Shown: positions 18,447 through 28,020 of the stretch, one piece after another
How positions within the stretch are numbered: position 1 is the first letter of the stretch
Layout of the letters: every line of letters starts with the position of its first letter
DNA from: an uncultured virus (IMG/VR IMGVR_UViG_3300033888_000043)
Taxonomy: Duplodnaviria > Heunggongvirae > Uroviricota > Caudoviricetes
DNA length: 64,000 nucleotides
Virus record (IMG/VR): IMGVR_UViG_3300033888_000043
Strand: one strand, 5' to 3'
Made by a program: the position numbers and the translations under genes
Notes under the pieces: model-generated
Database searches by the model: none
What the model was told of the DNA's origin: nothing
Seen by the model: only the letters and a program-made list of their open reading frames with translations

Positions 18447-18676
18447 TTGTTTTCCATTTCAGGCCATTCTCCGGACGTTTCGACATCGCGCCAAAGCTTC
18501 GAGAGCAGCTTCGCCTGCTTTACGTCAAATACGTGTTGCCGCAGCTTGCCGTCAAAATCCACCAGGCAGCGGCCGAAGCGGTTCATGCGATCGGCGAATA
18601 GATCGCCCGACTCGACGGCCGGCGCTGGCGCGGCGGCAATCGCCAGTGCGAGCGCGGCGCGGCGCGTCATCGTCAT
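18443..18676 (-). CDS. Small exported protein with twin-arginine-like leader
   Basis: MTMTRRAALALAIAAAPAPA. Confidence 0.55.
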   Translation of the reverse strand: MTMTRRAALALAIAAAPAPAVESGDLFADRMNRFGRCLVDFDGKLRQHVFDVKQAKLLSKLWRDVETSGEWPEMENK

Positions 18677-18759
18677 GGTTGGAAACCTTTGAAAATCGGG
18701 GCTGGCGGACTAGGGGCTAGGGGTTGGCTGATTGCTGATGGCTGAAAGCTGAAAGCTTC

Positions 18760-19140
18760 TTACACGCCGAAGGTCATTCTGATCGGGACGTTAAAGCTCT
18801 GCACCGCCCCGGACGAAGACGACGGAGACGTTGCGCTGGCGGTGCTGGCGGGCGCCTGCAACGTGCCCGCTTGCTTCATCTGGGCGAGCACGGCTTCGAT
18901 AATCGCAGTGATCTCGGCGTCGGTGGGCGGTGCCGTAGGGGCGACTCCCGATGCGGAGAGGGGGTCGAGGAGCGCTTTGATCCCGCCGAGTACCCATGAC
19001 AATTTCGACTGGCCCGATAGCGGCTTGCTGAAAATTGTTTCGGCGCGGCCAATCAGGCTGGACACGAGCGGGCCGAGGGTACCAACCGCGAATTGCACGG
19101 CGGTGAGGACTGCGGGGATTGCGACTACGGCGGCTGCCAT
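18760..19140 (-). CDS. Holin-like membrane protein
   Basis: Hydrophobic N-terminus then AE..F....SGQSKL..V and I.A.IEAVLAQMK, similar to LL-H-type holins; next to cell-wall enzymes. Confidence 0.55.
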   Translation of the reverse strand: MAAAVVAIPAVLTAVQFAVGTLGPLVSSLIGRAETIFSKPLSGQSKLSWVLGGIKALLDPLSASGVAPTAPPTDAEITAIIEAVLAQMKQAGTLQAPASTASATSPSSSSGAVQSFNVPIRMTFGV

Positions 19141-19367
19141 TTAATTTGCTCCTTGTTTCGTCTCTCGCATTTTCTTGTCGGCGCATGGCGTACATGCCGG
19201 CCGCGGCGTGCCGATCAAACTCGGGTAAACGGTATCGGCCGGCTTTCCGCAGAACTGGCAGATGCGCGCGCGGTTTGGTTTGTCGTTGCAACAGCCCATG
19301 GGAGTAAAGCCTTTGGTACTTGTGCGGCCCTGTGGCGGCGTGCTAGATTGCGGTAAACCCAACACTG

Positions 19368-19682
19368 ATGAAAGACTTCACTGTGACGATAGGCGGCAGC
19401 CGAGGAGACGAATGGGAACGCATTTGCGGTACCCGGACATTCCCGGTGAAGTCTCCGATCCCTGTACTGGCGAATCTGCCGGGCAAATCGGAGGTCCGCG
19501 TTTTCCTGGTAGACCTCGATGAGGTTGAGCCAGATATTCTCGCCAGAATCAAGACCGGCCTGGCGCGGAAGTTCGGACTGTCGCCTGCCGAGGCCGAGAC
19601 GGAGATCAAAGAGAAGGGGATACCCATCCTCGATGAAGAGGTCTCGGTAATGATCGACCATCCTCAAAAGTGGTTTGGCTGA
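19368..19682 (+). CDS. Hypothetical protein, antisense insert
   Basis: 104-aa ORF with protein-like composition; its stop lies in a heptamer array. Confidence 0.7.
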   Translation: MKDFTVTIGGSRGDEWERICGTRTFPVKSPIPVLANLPGKSEVRVFLVDLDEVEPDILARIKTGLARKFGLSPAEAETEIKEKGIPILDEEVSVMIDHPQKWFG

Positions 19683-19710
19683 AAGCTGAGAGCTGAAAGC
19701 TGAAAGCTTC

Positions 19711-20208
19711 TTACCCCTGCGTTTCAAGCACCGCCGTAAACTTCCATAACGACGATCCGCTGGTGATGTCGATCGAGAACACGTCGTTGTACGCGACCGG
19801 CAGCGGCGAGGTGGTCAGATTCGTGAATTGAAACACCGTATCCGCCGGCGTAGCTGCCGCGATGGTGGGGTCCTTGAGGAAGATGTCGGACGGGTCATTC
19901 GCCAGCCCGGAGCCGAGCAGCGGGGCCTGGTTGATGCGGAAGGTCAGCGCCACTGACGGGTCGGAGGCTTGAATCACTACCGTTACCACGTCCGCCGTTG
20001 CATCGCGCGGTGCCGGCAGCATCGGCCCGACGTTGGTTCCTGTCGCGCCGCTGTTCATGATGAAGCCGACGACTACCGTTGGGCCGCCCGCCTGCGCTTG
20101 GTTCTGGAAATACAGGTTCCAGGGTTGGGTCATATTGCCCTGCCCGTCGAACATGACCGTGCGGAGGGGTGCCAGCCTGTAGGCGGGCTGCGAGCGGGGT
20201 TTAGCCAT
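19711..20208 (-). CDS. Tail-associated protein following the hub gene
   Basis: APLRT..D..G.MT.PW..YF N-terminal motif typical of the gene after gp10-like hubs. Confidence 0.65.
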   Translation of the reverse strand: MAKPRSQPAYRLAPLRTVMFDGQGNMTQPWNLYFQNQAQAGGPTVVVGFIMNSGATGTNVGPMLPAPRDATADVVTVVIQASDPSVALTFRINQAPLLGSGLANDPSDIFLKDPTIAAATPADTVFQFTNLTTSPLPVAYNDVFSIDITSGSSLWKFTAVLETQG

Positions 20209-22251
20209 TTATTCCCCGCCCGGTTCGCCATCCATGAAGGCATTCGTGATTGAGATCGGCGCCGTCGCGCTGATGATGGTGATTCGCGGTACCAGGTCCC
20301 AGGCCCAGCCCAGGCGCCTCCAGCGCAGGCGCGTGGAATAGCCCGATACGTTCGGCGCGTTCACATTCGGGGCCGCCGGCGCGATCAGCGATTGCGCGTT
20401 CATGAACGTGTGCCCGTGATCCTTCGAATAATCGAAGGTGACCGTGACGTCCTGCTCGCCGACGTCCATCTCGAGCTGAAACAAGCCATAGAAGAAGCGT
20501 TGGTTATCGCCCGCCACGTGGGGGCACGCCCGCTGCCGGAAGATCGCGTGACCGTTATCCGAGGGCGTGCTCAGCGATTGGATATAGATGTTTCCGGAGG
20601 TGTGGTCGCCCACGAAGTGCGCGCCAGAGATTGCGGGCGCAGAGCCGTGCCCGTACAGATCTCCGAAGGCGTGGCAGCGTTGCAACTGGCGGTGCAGGGT
20701 AGTTCCGTCCCAATAGCCGCGCTGGTGCCACTGGGGGATGCCGGTTTGTTGCCATGCCGTGAAGTCGAATACCCAAGTCGCGTCGCCCTGCGGGAAATGC
20801 AAGACCCAGAATTCGTGCCCTTCGTCGATTTCGGTGTAGCCGATCGCGTCTTCAACAGTGGGATACGTTCTCCAGGCCTCCTCGATCGCGTGGGTTGAGA
20901 TGCGTTGCGGCATCAATCCCTGGCAATAAACCGCCTGGACATCGCCGCGGCTGCTGGCAAAAGCCATCCAGGCAATGCCGTTGATCGACAGCCGGACCGG
21001 CGAGAACTGCGCGGCCAGGCCGTAGTGGATGACGCCGCCGGCCTGCAGGCGCTGGAACGGAAAGTTCGCCGCGCCCGTGTCCTGCCAGATCTCGGTGGAT
21101 TCCAGGCCGCCGAAGATCCACAGCAGCTCATGGTCGGCAAGGAAAGCCAAAATGTGATCCGGGTAGGCTTCTTTGTCGGCTTCGTCGATCGGATTAAAAC
21201 TCGTGAAATCGTCGATGCCGGAGATGTACCATTGGTTCGACTGCGGCGCCGCGATGATCCCATAGGTGTCCAGGTAAGCCCCGGTGCCCGCCGGGACCTG
21301 GCCGCCGGTCTCCTCGGTGCCTGAGCCGCCGCTCGTATTCGGCGGTGCCGCGGCAGCGGGTAAGCCGTTCTGCGTCAGCAGCACCGTGCCGGACTGCGGG
21401 CCCCCGAGACCCCAGCCGCTGATGAGGTAGGTGCCGTGGACCCATCCGGAGCCTCCGGTGATGACCAGCGTGCGACCGATATCCGCCTGCGTGAACTGAT
21501 AACTTTTGCTCCCGACAAACCACCCTGGCGCAAGAGTGTAGAGATCGGTGTAGGCCTGCGCGCCGAGGACTTCGATGCCCGTGCCTCCAATCGAATCCGC
21601 CGTTCCCCATGCGGCCGCCGCGAAGGCTACGCCGGTTACTGCGGCGCCGTTCAGCGTGCTGGACCCGGTGCTGGTGATGACCTGGCTCTGAATCGTGAAT
21701 CCGATACCCGATTGGATTTCCATCGTGGCGCCCACGTCGGTGGGACCGAAGCCGGTACCGTTGATGAGTCCGTTGCCTGTGTCGTCGATCTGCAGGCCGA
21801 CCATGGGAATCGAGAAATTTATCGGCACCGCGCCCGTGCCGCTGTCCACCCAGACGAAGCCGCCGTTGATAACCATCAACTGGGAGCCGCTGGCGTTGGG
21901 GAAGATCAAAGCCGGCTGATATTCGGGATTGGCGAGGGTGGCAAACGGCGTGTAAAGGGCGTTGCCGACCGGGCCATGGTCCGAGCAACTGCCGTCCGCG
22001 AAGACTTCGTAGAGATGGGAGGGCGTGGTTCCAGCCACGGCGAACAGGCGGTCCTGTCCGGACCACAGCGCCAGCACGTTCGATTGTGGCAGAGTGCCGA
22101 GAAGGGTGAGGCCAGGCGTGCCCTTCATTCGCCCAACAGCACGCCCCACCTTGCTTTCTATAACTTCGGGGATCAAGCCGATGCACACATCCGCTGAGGC
22201 GTTCGGCGAATCGAGCAGGTACGACCCGGCTCCGAAGAAAGGTAGGCGCAT
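20209..22251 (-). CDS. Tail hub / packaged-DNA stabilisation protein (P22 gp10-like)
   Basis: TPGLTL, YLDTY..I, E.YPD, LWIFG..STEIW..TGA..FPFQR, RISTHAIE, GHEFWVL.FP..ATWVFD, YSKDHGHTF, WRRLG. Confidence 0.9.
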   Translation of the reverse strand: MRLPFFGAGSYLLDSPNASADVCIGLIPEVIESKVGRAVGRMKGTPGLTLLGTLPQSNVLALWSGQDRLFAVAGTTPSHLYEVFADGSCSDHGPVGNALYTPFATLANPEYQPALIFPNASGSQLMVINGGFVWVDSGTGAVPINFSIPMVGLQIDDTGNGLINGTGFGPTDVGATMEIQSGIGFTIQSQVITSTGSSTLNGAAVTGVAFAAAAWGTADSIGGTGIEVLGAQAYTDLYTLAPGWFVGSKSYQFTQADIGRTLVITGGSGWVHGTYLISGWGLGGPQSGTVLLTQNGLPAAAAPPNTSGGSGTEETGGQVPAGTGAYLDTYGIIAAPQSNQWYISGIDDFTSFNPIDEADKEAYPDHILAFLADHELLWIFGGLESTEIWQDTGAANFPFQRLQAGGVIHYGLAAQFSPVRLSINGIAWMAFASSRGDVQAVYCQGLMPQRISTHAIEEAWRTYPTVEDAIGYTEIDEGHEFWVLHFPQGDATWVFDFTAWQQTGIPQWHQRGYWDGTTLHRQLQRCHAFGDLYGHGSAPAISGAHFVGDHTSGNIYIQSLSTPSDNGHAIFRQRACPHVAGDNQRFFYGLFQLEMDVGEQDVTVTFDYSKDHGHTFMNAQSLIAPAAPNVNAPNVSGYSTRLRWRRLGWAWDLVPRITIISATAPISITNAFMDGEPGGE

Positions 22252-22281
22252 GGCGTTTGGCTGATGGCTGACGGCTGAAGG

Positions 22282-22968
22282 CTATCCGGCTTGCACCACT
22301 TGCTTCCCCGGACTCTGCGGCATCGGCTGATCGGGCGGCGGATCGCTGCCGAAGATTCTGGAGTTAGCCAGCCCGATATCGGACTTCGACTGTTGCGCCG
22401 CGGCCATCAAGCTCTGGGTCACCACCTTGCCGTACTGCTCCGCCAGGTCTACGGCCAGATTTAAGGTCAAGCCGCGGGCATATCCGGGTGCCAGGGTGAT
22501 TGCAGTCAAATTCAAATCCGGCCATTGGGCCAGCGGGGCGAAGTAGAACAGGTGCAAAGTCCCCGTCGCGGTGGGCCACCAGAAGATATTGGAGTTGGGT
22601 ACCGCGTAGTCGCAGAACAGCTTGGTGGCGAACTTCCCCGATCGGGAATTGTCCACGATCTCGGACCACTGCGCCGGAGACAGGATCTCGACGGGCGACT
22701 GCAAGCTGCCGGAATCGCAATAGGCCGCGGTGATCTTCGAGGGCCGGTATCCCAGGCTGAACGGCTGGTTGGCGCCCGCCAGGTTGATCTGACCTTCGGA
22801 GATCTGCATGATGAGCAGCCCGAGAGCCGCCCACTGGTCGACCAGTTTGTTGAGCGAGATCAATCCGTCGCTGAGTTCGGCGCCGTTGAGTGTTTCGCCG
22901 GAGGCTATCGCCTGGATGGCGCGCGCGGCGTCGGTGATTAGGGCTTGGGCAGTATAGGTTTGAGCCAT
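22282..22968 (-). CDS. Head-tail adaptor (P22 gp4-like) paralog 4
   Basis: TA..LI..A.R.I..L..LN..D.W ... PGY..L.LNLAV.LA. Confidence 0.8.
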   Translation of the reverse strand: MAQTYTAQALITDAARAIQAIASGETLNGAELSDGLISLNKLVDQWAALGLLIMQISEGQINLAGANQPFSLGYRPSKITAAYCDSGSLQSPVEILSPAQWSEIVDNSRSGKFATKLFCDYAVPNSNIFWWPTATGTLHLFYFAPLAQWPDLNLTAITLAPGYARGLTLNLAVDLAEQYGKVVTQSLMAAAQQSKSDIGLANSRIFGSDPPPDQPMPQSPGKQVVQAG

Positions 22969-23173
22969 TGGGATTTCTCCGTCGTCGCGACGGTGGTTTA
23001 TACGGTTGCTAAACTGAAGTGAAGGCGAATCGCCGACCCGATCTATCAGCTAGGCGAAGAAAGGAGGGCGCGGAAGATAGCCAGAGCCAGTCCCGGCGGC
23101 GTTCCAATTTACGGAGCTGCGTTGTTCGTGGCCGAGAACGCAGCGGGGCGTCGCCGGGGCCTGAAAATGTCTT

Positions 23174-23686
23174 ATGAGCGAATTGGATGACGCGGAGCGA
23201 ATAGTAGCGAAGTTGCTGGCGGCGAACATGCGCCACGTCACGGAGCGGATCGAGCGGCAGCTATTCTGTTCTCAGACCGAACCCCGAGAGCGTCCACTGC
23301 CGCCCAACGTGATCGAGATCTCCGCAGTGTGCGGCGAGATACGGGTGCTGATGGTGGATGAAGTTGCGCCGCACTACTTGATCCGGTTGATGCAGATCCC
23401 GATGGATTGCGAAGACCCTTCGACATGGACCGCAATCCCGGAAGGCCGGTTCTTTGTCCGTTCAAGTGCGTGGTGGAACGGCGTCCCTTCATGGGTGTTT
23501 CAGCCCCCCGACGGGCACAAGATTACGCTTGGCTTCCACCGTGACGCCGAGCTTTCCAGGCTCCGTATCCGCCTGCTGGTGGATGGCATCCAGTACGAAT
23601 TGAACGGAGCCGCGCCGGAAAAGATGCAGCCGGTAAGGGAGTTGCCGGGGCCAGCGGGGCTGCTGGCGGAGGGCGAACATGCCTGA
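23174..23686 (+). CDS. Hypothetical protein, antisense insert
   Basis: 170-aa ORF filling the gap between adaptor genes. Confidence 0.65.
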   Translation: MSELDDAERIVAKLLAANMRHVTERIERQLFCSQTEPRERPLPPNVIEISAVCGEIRVLMVDEVAPHYLIRLMQIPMDCEDPSTWTAIPEGRFFVRSSAWWNGVPSWVFQPPDGHKITLGFHRDAELSRLRIRLLVDGIQYELNGAAPEKMQPVRELPGPAGLLAEGEHA

Positions 23687-24125
23687 CGGGATGATGTCTA
23701 ACACGTTTCCCAAGCCTTACGAGCTTGCGGCCAAGGCCCTGTTCTATGAGGTAATGGAATGGAGGTACGGCCCAACTCGCCGAGCCAGCTACGATGAACT
23801 AGCGGAGCAGCACCAGCTAGGCGAGTTGCTCTTGGCCCACTTCAGCCGCTTCGAGACGGGATTGCAGCAGATGATCGACAAGCTGATGGAACTGAACACT
23901 GAGGCCATGTCTCTCAGGCCGCCGCAACTGCTGGTGGTGGGTGAGGGTCAAGCGTGGCAGATAGCCAAACGTCTCGGCATTCCCTACTCCGAGCCAGCCA
24001 CCAGCCACCAATCACCAGCCACCGGATCTACGGCGTCGCCGGCTTTCCCTGTTCCAGATCGATCTCCTGCAAAGGCTGCTGTAGAGGCACCGGACGCAGC
24101 GGCGCCGCTGGCGCACCAATCGTAA
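23679..24125 (+). CDS. Hypothetical protein, antisense insert; C-terminus runs through a heptamer array into the adaptor gene
   Basis: GGAGG SD, overlap with upstream ORF. Confidence 0.55.
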   Translation: MPDGMMSNTFPKPYELAAKALFYEVMEWRYGPTRRASYDELAEQHQLGELLLAHFSRFETGLQQMIDKLMELNTEAMSLRPPQLLVVGEGQAWQIAKRLGIPYSEPATSHQSPATGSTASPAFPVPDRSPAKAAVEAPDAAAPLAHQS

Positions 24126-24783
24126 CGGCGTTGAGTTGCGCCAGACGCGCTTTGGTCGCCTCGGCTTTCTGCCCCACCCACTGATCCAGAATGGCACCCG
24201 GAAACTCCGAAGCCAAGACCACGGCCAGGTTGAATTTCAGGGTTTCCAAGTATCCAGGCGGAAAGGCGATTACATCGCTCAGATACACCACGCCGGCCAA
24301 GGGTTTGTAGCTCCACAAATTCAGCGTTCCCCCGTTGGCGGCCGCCGGCCACAGCATGATGGTTGCCTGCGGGTAGCCGTAATCGCACACCAGGTAATCG
24401 GCGTAGCTGCCGGTCACCGTGCGATCGATGATGGTTTCAAAGCGCTCCGGGGTGACCACTTCCACCGGCATAGAACCGTCCGTAGTGGAAACCGAGGCGG
24501 CGCGAATCTTTTCCGGCCGCGGGGTGGTAATGTTGCCGCCCGTGCCCCAGGTGTAGCTGGCCGCTCCTGTAAGCGAGAAGGTTTCGTTCACTGTCTGGTA
24601 GATGGTGGCGCCGTCCACCGAGAAGCCGTCGATGATGGCGTTGAGCGCATCGAGACAGATCTGATAGTCCTGGGAGGCGGGTACGGTGTTGCCGCCCTGT
24701 TGAGTGGTGGCGAAGGCCGAGTTGGGCGCCAGGACGTGAATCAGGCGTAGAGCTTCATCGCAGATGTTTTGGACTGATGGCAT
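24028..24783 (-). CDS. Head-tail adaptor paralog 3
   Basis: Close tandem paralog of 24805..25563 (CDEALRLIHVL, DGFSVDGAT, RPEKIRAA, FPPGYLETLK). Confidence 0.82.
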   Translation of the reverse strand: MPSVQNICDEALRLIHVLAPNSAFATTQQGGNTVPASQDYQICLDALNAIIDGFSVDGATIYQTVNETFSLTGAASYTWGTGGNITTPRPEKIRAASVSTTDGSMPVEVVTPERFETIIDRTVTGSYADYLVCDYGYPQATIMLWPAAANGGTLNLWSYKPLAGVVYLSDVIAFPPGYLETLKFNLAVVLASEFPGAILDQWVGQKAEATKARLAQLNAVTIGAPAAPLRPVPLQQPLQEIDLEQGKPATP

Positions 24784-24804
24784 GGGAGTTGACTCTTGGG
24801 AGGG

Positions 24805-25563
24805 TTACGGCCGCTGCGGGCTGCCTTGCGCAATGTCGCTCCCGGCAACCGGCTGCTGAATGGGAAGCGGCGGCAGGGGCGGCATCGGCTCGCCGATGGT
24901 CACCATGTTGAGCGCCGCGAGACGCGCTTTGCAGTCCCCGGCCTTCTGGAATACCCACTGATCGAGACGGCCCGTCGGGAATTCCGAGGCCAGCATCACC
25001 GCCAAATTGAGTTTCAGGGTTTCCAGATATCCAGGCGGAAATGAGATGGCGTCGCTCAAGTAAACCACCGCGGTCAGCGGCTTAATGCTCCACAGGTCCA
25101 GGGTGCCGGTGGCCACGATGGGCCAGAGCGAGATGGTGGCCAGGGGATTGGCGTAATCGCACACCAGCATGTCGGCGAACTTGCCTGCCCTGCTGATGTC
25201 GATAATCGTCTCGAACTTTTCCGGCGTGACGATCGCCACGCGCATGGATGCCGTAGTGGATTGGATTACCGCGGCCGCGCGGATCTTCTCCGGACGCGCC
25301 GTATTGATGACGCCGCCAAGGCCCCAGGTGTAGCTGGCAGCTCCGGTCAAGGCAAAGGTTTCGTGCACCACCTGGTAGACCGTTGCCCCGTCCACCGAGA
25401 AGCCGTCGATCACCTGGTTTAGGGCGTCGAGCGCAATTTGATACTCCTGGCAGGCTGGAACGGTGTTGCCGCCCTGCACCTGGGTGGCAAAGGAGGCGTT
25501 GGCCCGCAGGACGTGGATGAGACGCAATGCCTCGTCGCAAAGGTTTTGAACTGTGAATGCCAT
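24805..25563 (-). CDS. Head-tail adaptor paralog 2
   Basis: Same motifs as 24028..24783. Confidence 0.82.
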   Translation of the reverse strand: MAFTVQNLCDEALRLIHVLRANASFATQVQGGNTVPACQEYQIALDALNQVIDGFSVDGATVYQVVHETFALTGAASYTWGLGGVINTARPEKIRAAAVIQSTTASMRVAIVTPEKFETIIDISRAGKFADMLVCDYANPLATISLWPIVATGTLDLWSIKPLTAVVYLSDAISFPPGYLETLKLNLAVMLASEFPTGRLDQWVFQKAGDCKARLAALNMVTIGEPMPPLPPLPIQQPVAGSDIAQGSPQRP

Positions 25564-25570
25564 GGGGGTA

Positions 25571-25622
25571 AAGCCTTATATGTTGGTGCCGCCGCCGTCG
25601 CAGCCGCGCCGGACGGCTGGTA
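25571..25622 (+). repeat. Dispersed ~50-bp element, copy 5
   Basis: AAGCCTTATATGTTGGTGCCGCCGCCGTCGCAGCCGCGCCGGACGGCTGGTA at the edge of the radical SAM insert. Confidence 0.9.
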
Positions 25623-25671
25623 GTACCTTTAGGGCTGTTGGCTGCGATTCAGCAGTGGTACACTTTGGAGC

Positions 25672-26661
25672 ATGCGGGTGCTGGTGGTGCAACTCGACGG
25701 GAAGCTGCCAAACGTCGCACTGATGCGGATTGCGGCCCACCACATAGATGCGGGCGATCAGGTCATTCTGAAGCGCGGCGGGGAGCGCGGGCTCTGGGAT
25801 TCAGAATGGGACCTGGTCTACGGCAGCGCCATCTTCCTCAAAACCAAGCCGGCTATAGACCGGCTGCTCCGCGAATACCCGAATGCAATCGTAGGCGGAA
25901 GCGGAACCGGGAACCTCAAGCGCAAGGTGTCCGACTTCGGCATCCTCACCAAGCGGCAGGAGTACGGCATCTACCCAGAGTTTCGCCAGTCGATCGGCTT
26001 CACCCAGCGCGGCTGCCGCCTGCGATGCGGATTCTGCAATGTCCCCGAGATGGAGGGGCCGGTAGCCGTGGAGCAGTCAATATATAACCTCTGGCGCGGC
26101 AATCCGTGGCCGAGGGAACTGCTGCTGCTCGACAATGACTTCTTCGGTTCGCCGTCCTGGCGTCAAAACATCCGGGAGATTCGAGAGGGCGGCTTCAAGG
26201 TCAGCTTCACCCAGGGCATCAATGCACGATTCCTGGACGACGAAAGCGCCGAGGCTGTTGCCTCAGTCGAATACCGTGACGATTCCATGCAGGTTCGCCG
26301 GATCTACACGGCCTGGGACAACCGCAAAGATGAGGCGCGGCTGTTTGCCGGATTGAATCGGCTCGTGAAATATGGCGTCAAACCGGACCAGATCATGGTC
26401 TACATCCTAGTTGGGTACTGGCCCGGGGAGACTTCGCAGGATCGCCTTTACCGCCAGCAGCGGCTACGCGACTTCGGCTGCCGCCCGTACCCAATGCCAT
26501 TCGTTCGCACGCCAGAACTCGTCGGTTTCCAGCGGTGGGTCATTGGCGCTTACGACAAGAGAATCCCGTGGCATGAATGGGCGGGCGGGCGCTACAGACC
26601 GGAACGAATTCATCCGCAGGCTGACTTTCCACTGCTCGAAACCAGCGCCGGGCAGGCCTGA
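25672..26661 (+). CDS. Radical SAM protein, antisense insert
   Basis: TQRGCRLRCGFC (CxxxCxxC), LLDNDF, PNVALM N-terminal domain. Confidence 0.88.
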   Translation: MRVLVVQLDGKLPNVALMRIAAHHIDAGDQVILKRGGERGLWDSEWDLVYGSAIFLKTKPAIDRLLREYPNAIVGGSGTGNLKRKVSDFGILTKRQEYGIYPEFRQSIGFTQRGCRLRCGFCNVPEMEGPVAVEQSIYNLWRGNPWPRELLLLDNDFFGSPSWRQNIREIREGGFKVSFTQGINARFLDDESAEAVASVEYRDDSMQVRRIYTAWDNRKDEARLFAGLNRLVKYGVKPDQIMVYILVGYWPGETSQDRLYRQQRLRDFGCRPYPMPFVRTPELVGFQRWVIGAYDKRIPWHEWAGGRYRPERIHPQADFPLLETSAGQA

Positions 26662-26728
26662 CCGGCGCGGCGCCAAGCTATGATCTTTGTGTTTGGCTGA
26701 ATGCTGACGGCTGAAAGCTGAAAGCTTC

Positions 26729-27151
26729 TTACGCCGCTTTCGCTTTCTTGCCGGCTTGCTTCTCGGCCAGCTCCGCCAGCAGCGATTCGATCTCCCCCCG
26801 CTGCGTTTCGATGCGCGCGTTGAGCGCCTCGACCTGCGCCGCGGTTTGCTCCGCCCGCTCTTTCCAGGATTTGTCGAAGACCACTTTGAGGTCGGCGATT
26901 TCCATCGTCAGTTTGATGCAGTTGGGGCATTCGCCGGCTTTGGGCGCGGTTGTGGCGGGCTCTTCCGTAACGTGCGGCTGGCGGCCGTATCCGTCGGCGA
27001 GCGCGACTTCTTCCTCTTCGAGGCTCTTGACGAATTTGATGGCGCCGGATGCGTGGTGCATGACGCGGGGATATTCCTGATGCTGGTAGGGCGGCGCAAC
27101 GGGTTTATCCGTGGGGCGGCCGTTGCCGAAGCTGTTTTCTGGTCTTGCCAT
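26729..27151 (-). CDS. Phage head-region hypothetical protein
   Basis: YQHQEYPR..H...V.S.EEE motif plus coiled coil; AAGGAG SD. Confidence 0.7.
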   Translation of the reverse strand: MARPENSFGNGRPTDKPVAPPYQHQEYPRVMHHASGAIKFVKSLEEEEVALADGYGRQPHVTEEPATTAPKAGECPNCIKLTMEIADLKVVFDKSWKERAEQTAAQVEALNARIETQRGEIESLLAELAEKQAGKKAKAA

Positions 27152-27241
27152 AAATGTGTTTGTTCTCCTTGAAAACTGGTGGTGCTTGTAGTACGTATGG
27201 ACCTAGTAAATACAGGGGTTTGAGCGCATACTTGAATAAGA

Positions 27242-28015
27242 ATGAGCGCCCCGACAAGTACCCGATTTGATGATCTCGTGAGCCTGATTGCGAGCCTGAA
27301 CGACAACCCTGCGAGGGGCTGGCAGGCTTACCCGTGTATCGACTTGCCGTATCCGAAACATGGAGGCTATTACGCGGTGATCCAGGTGCCTGGGGGCCGC
27401 CGCAAGGAAGCGCATTTAGTGGCCTACGAGTTGGCTTATGGAGAGATACCCCACGGGCACACCGTTCGCCATCACTGCCATGCGAGTTGGTGCATCAGGC
27501 CAATTCACTTCTATACCGAGCCGAGCGCCAATTGGTACTACCTCGTTGAAACGGTTCTCGGTTTAAGCGAACCGCCCGATGCGTCCTGGCAGGATTACCC
27601 CTGCGTGGAGTGGCCATGCGGAGAGAAGGAACGTCAAACCGTCTGGGTGGCAGATGGCAATTGGCACCTCGGGAGCCCCGTGCTTACCTATCGTGCGGCA
27701 TACCACATCGCGAAAGGCCCGATACCTCCGGGTTATGCCGTCTGCCATCACTGCGACAATCCAAGATGCTTTCGCCCCTGCCATCTTTTCGCGGCTACGC
27801 AGGAAGATAATCTTCGCGATTGTAGGGAGAAGGGCCGCAACACCAAGGGCAGCGCCTGCCATATTGCCAAGCTCACGGAAGACGACGTGCGGAAGATCCG
27901 CAGTCTCGTGCGCGACGGCTGTCGTTACATGGCCATCGCCGAGAGTTTTCACGTCACCAAAAACACCATCTGGCACATAGCGAACCGGCGTAGTTGGAAA
28001 CACGTATACCCTTGA
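27242..28015 (+). CDS. HNH homing endonuclease with two HNH-type domains
   Basis: AHLVAY..VRHHCHASWCIRPIH and YRAAY..VCHHCDNPRCFRPCHL; AKLTEDDV HTH tail. Confidence 0.88.
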   Translation: MSAPTSTRFDDLVSLIASLNDNPARGWQAYPCIDLPYPKHGGYYAVIQVPGGRRKEAHLVAYELAYGEIPHGHTVRHHCHASWCIRPIHFYTEPSANWYYLVETVLGLSEPPDASWQDYPCVEWPCGEKERQTVWVADGNWHLGSPVLTYRAAYHIAKGPIPPGYAVCHHCDNPRCFRPCHLFAATQEDNLRDCREKGRNTKGSACHIAKLTEDDVRKIRSLVRDGCRYMAIAESFHVTKNTIWHIANRRSWKHVYP

Positions 28016-28020
28016 GCCGC

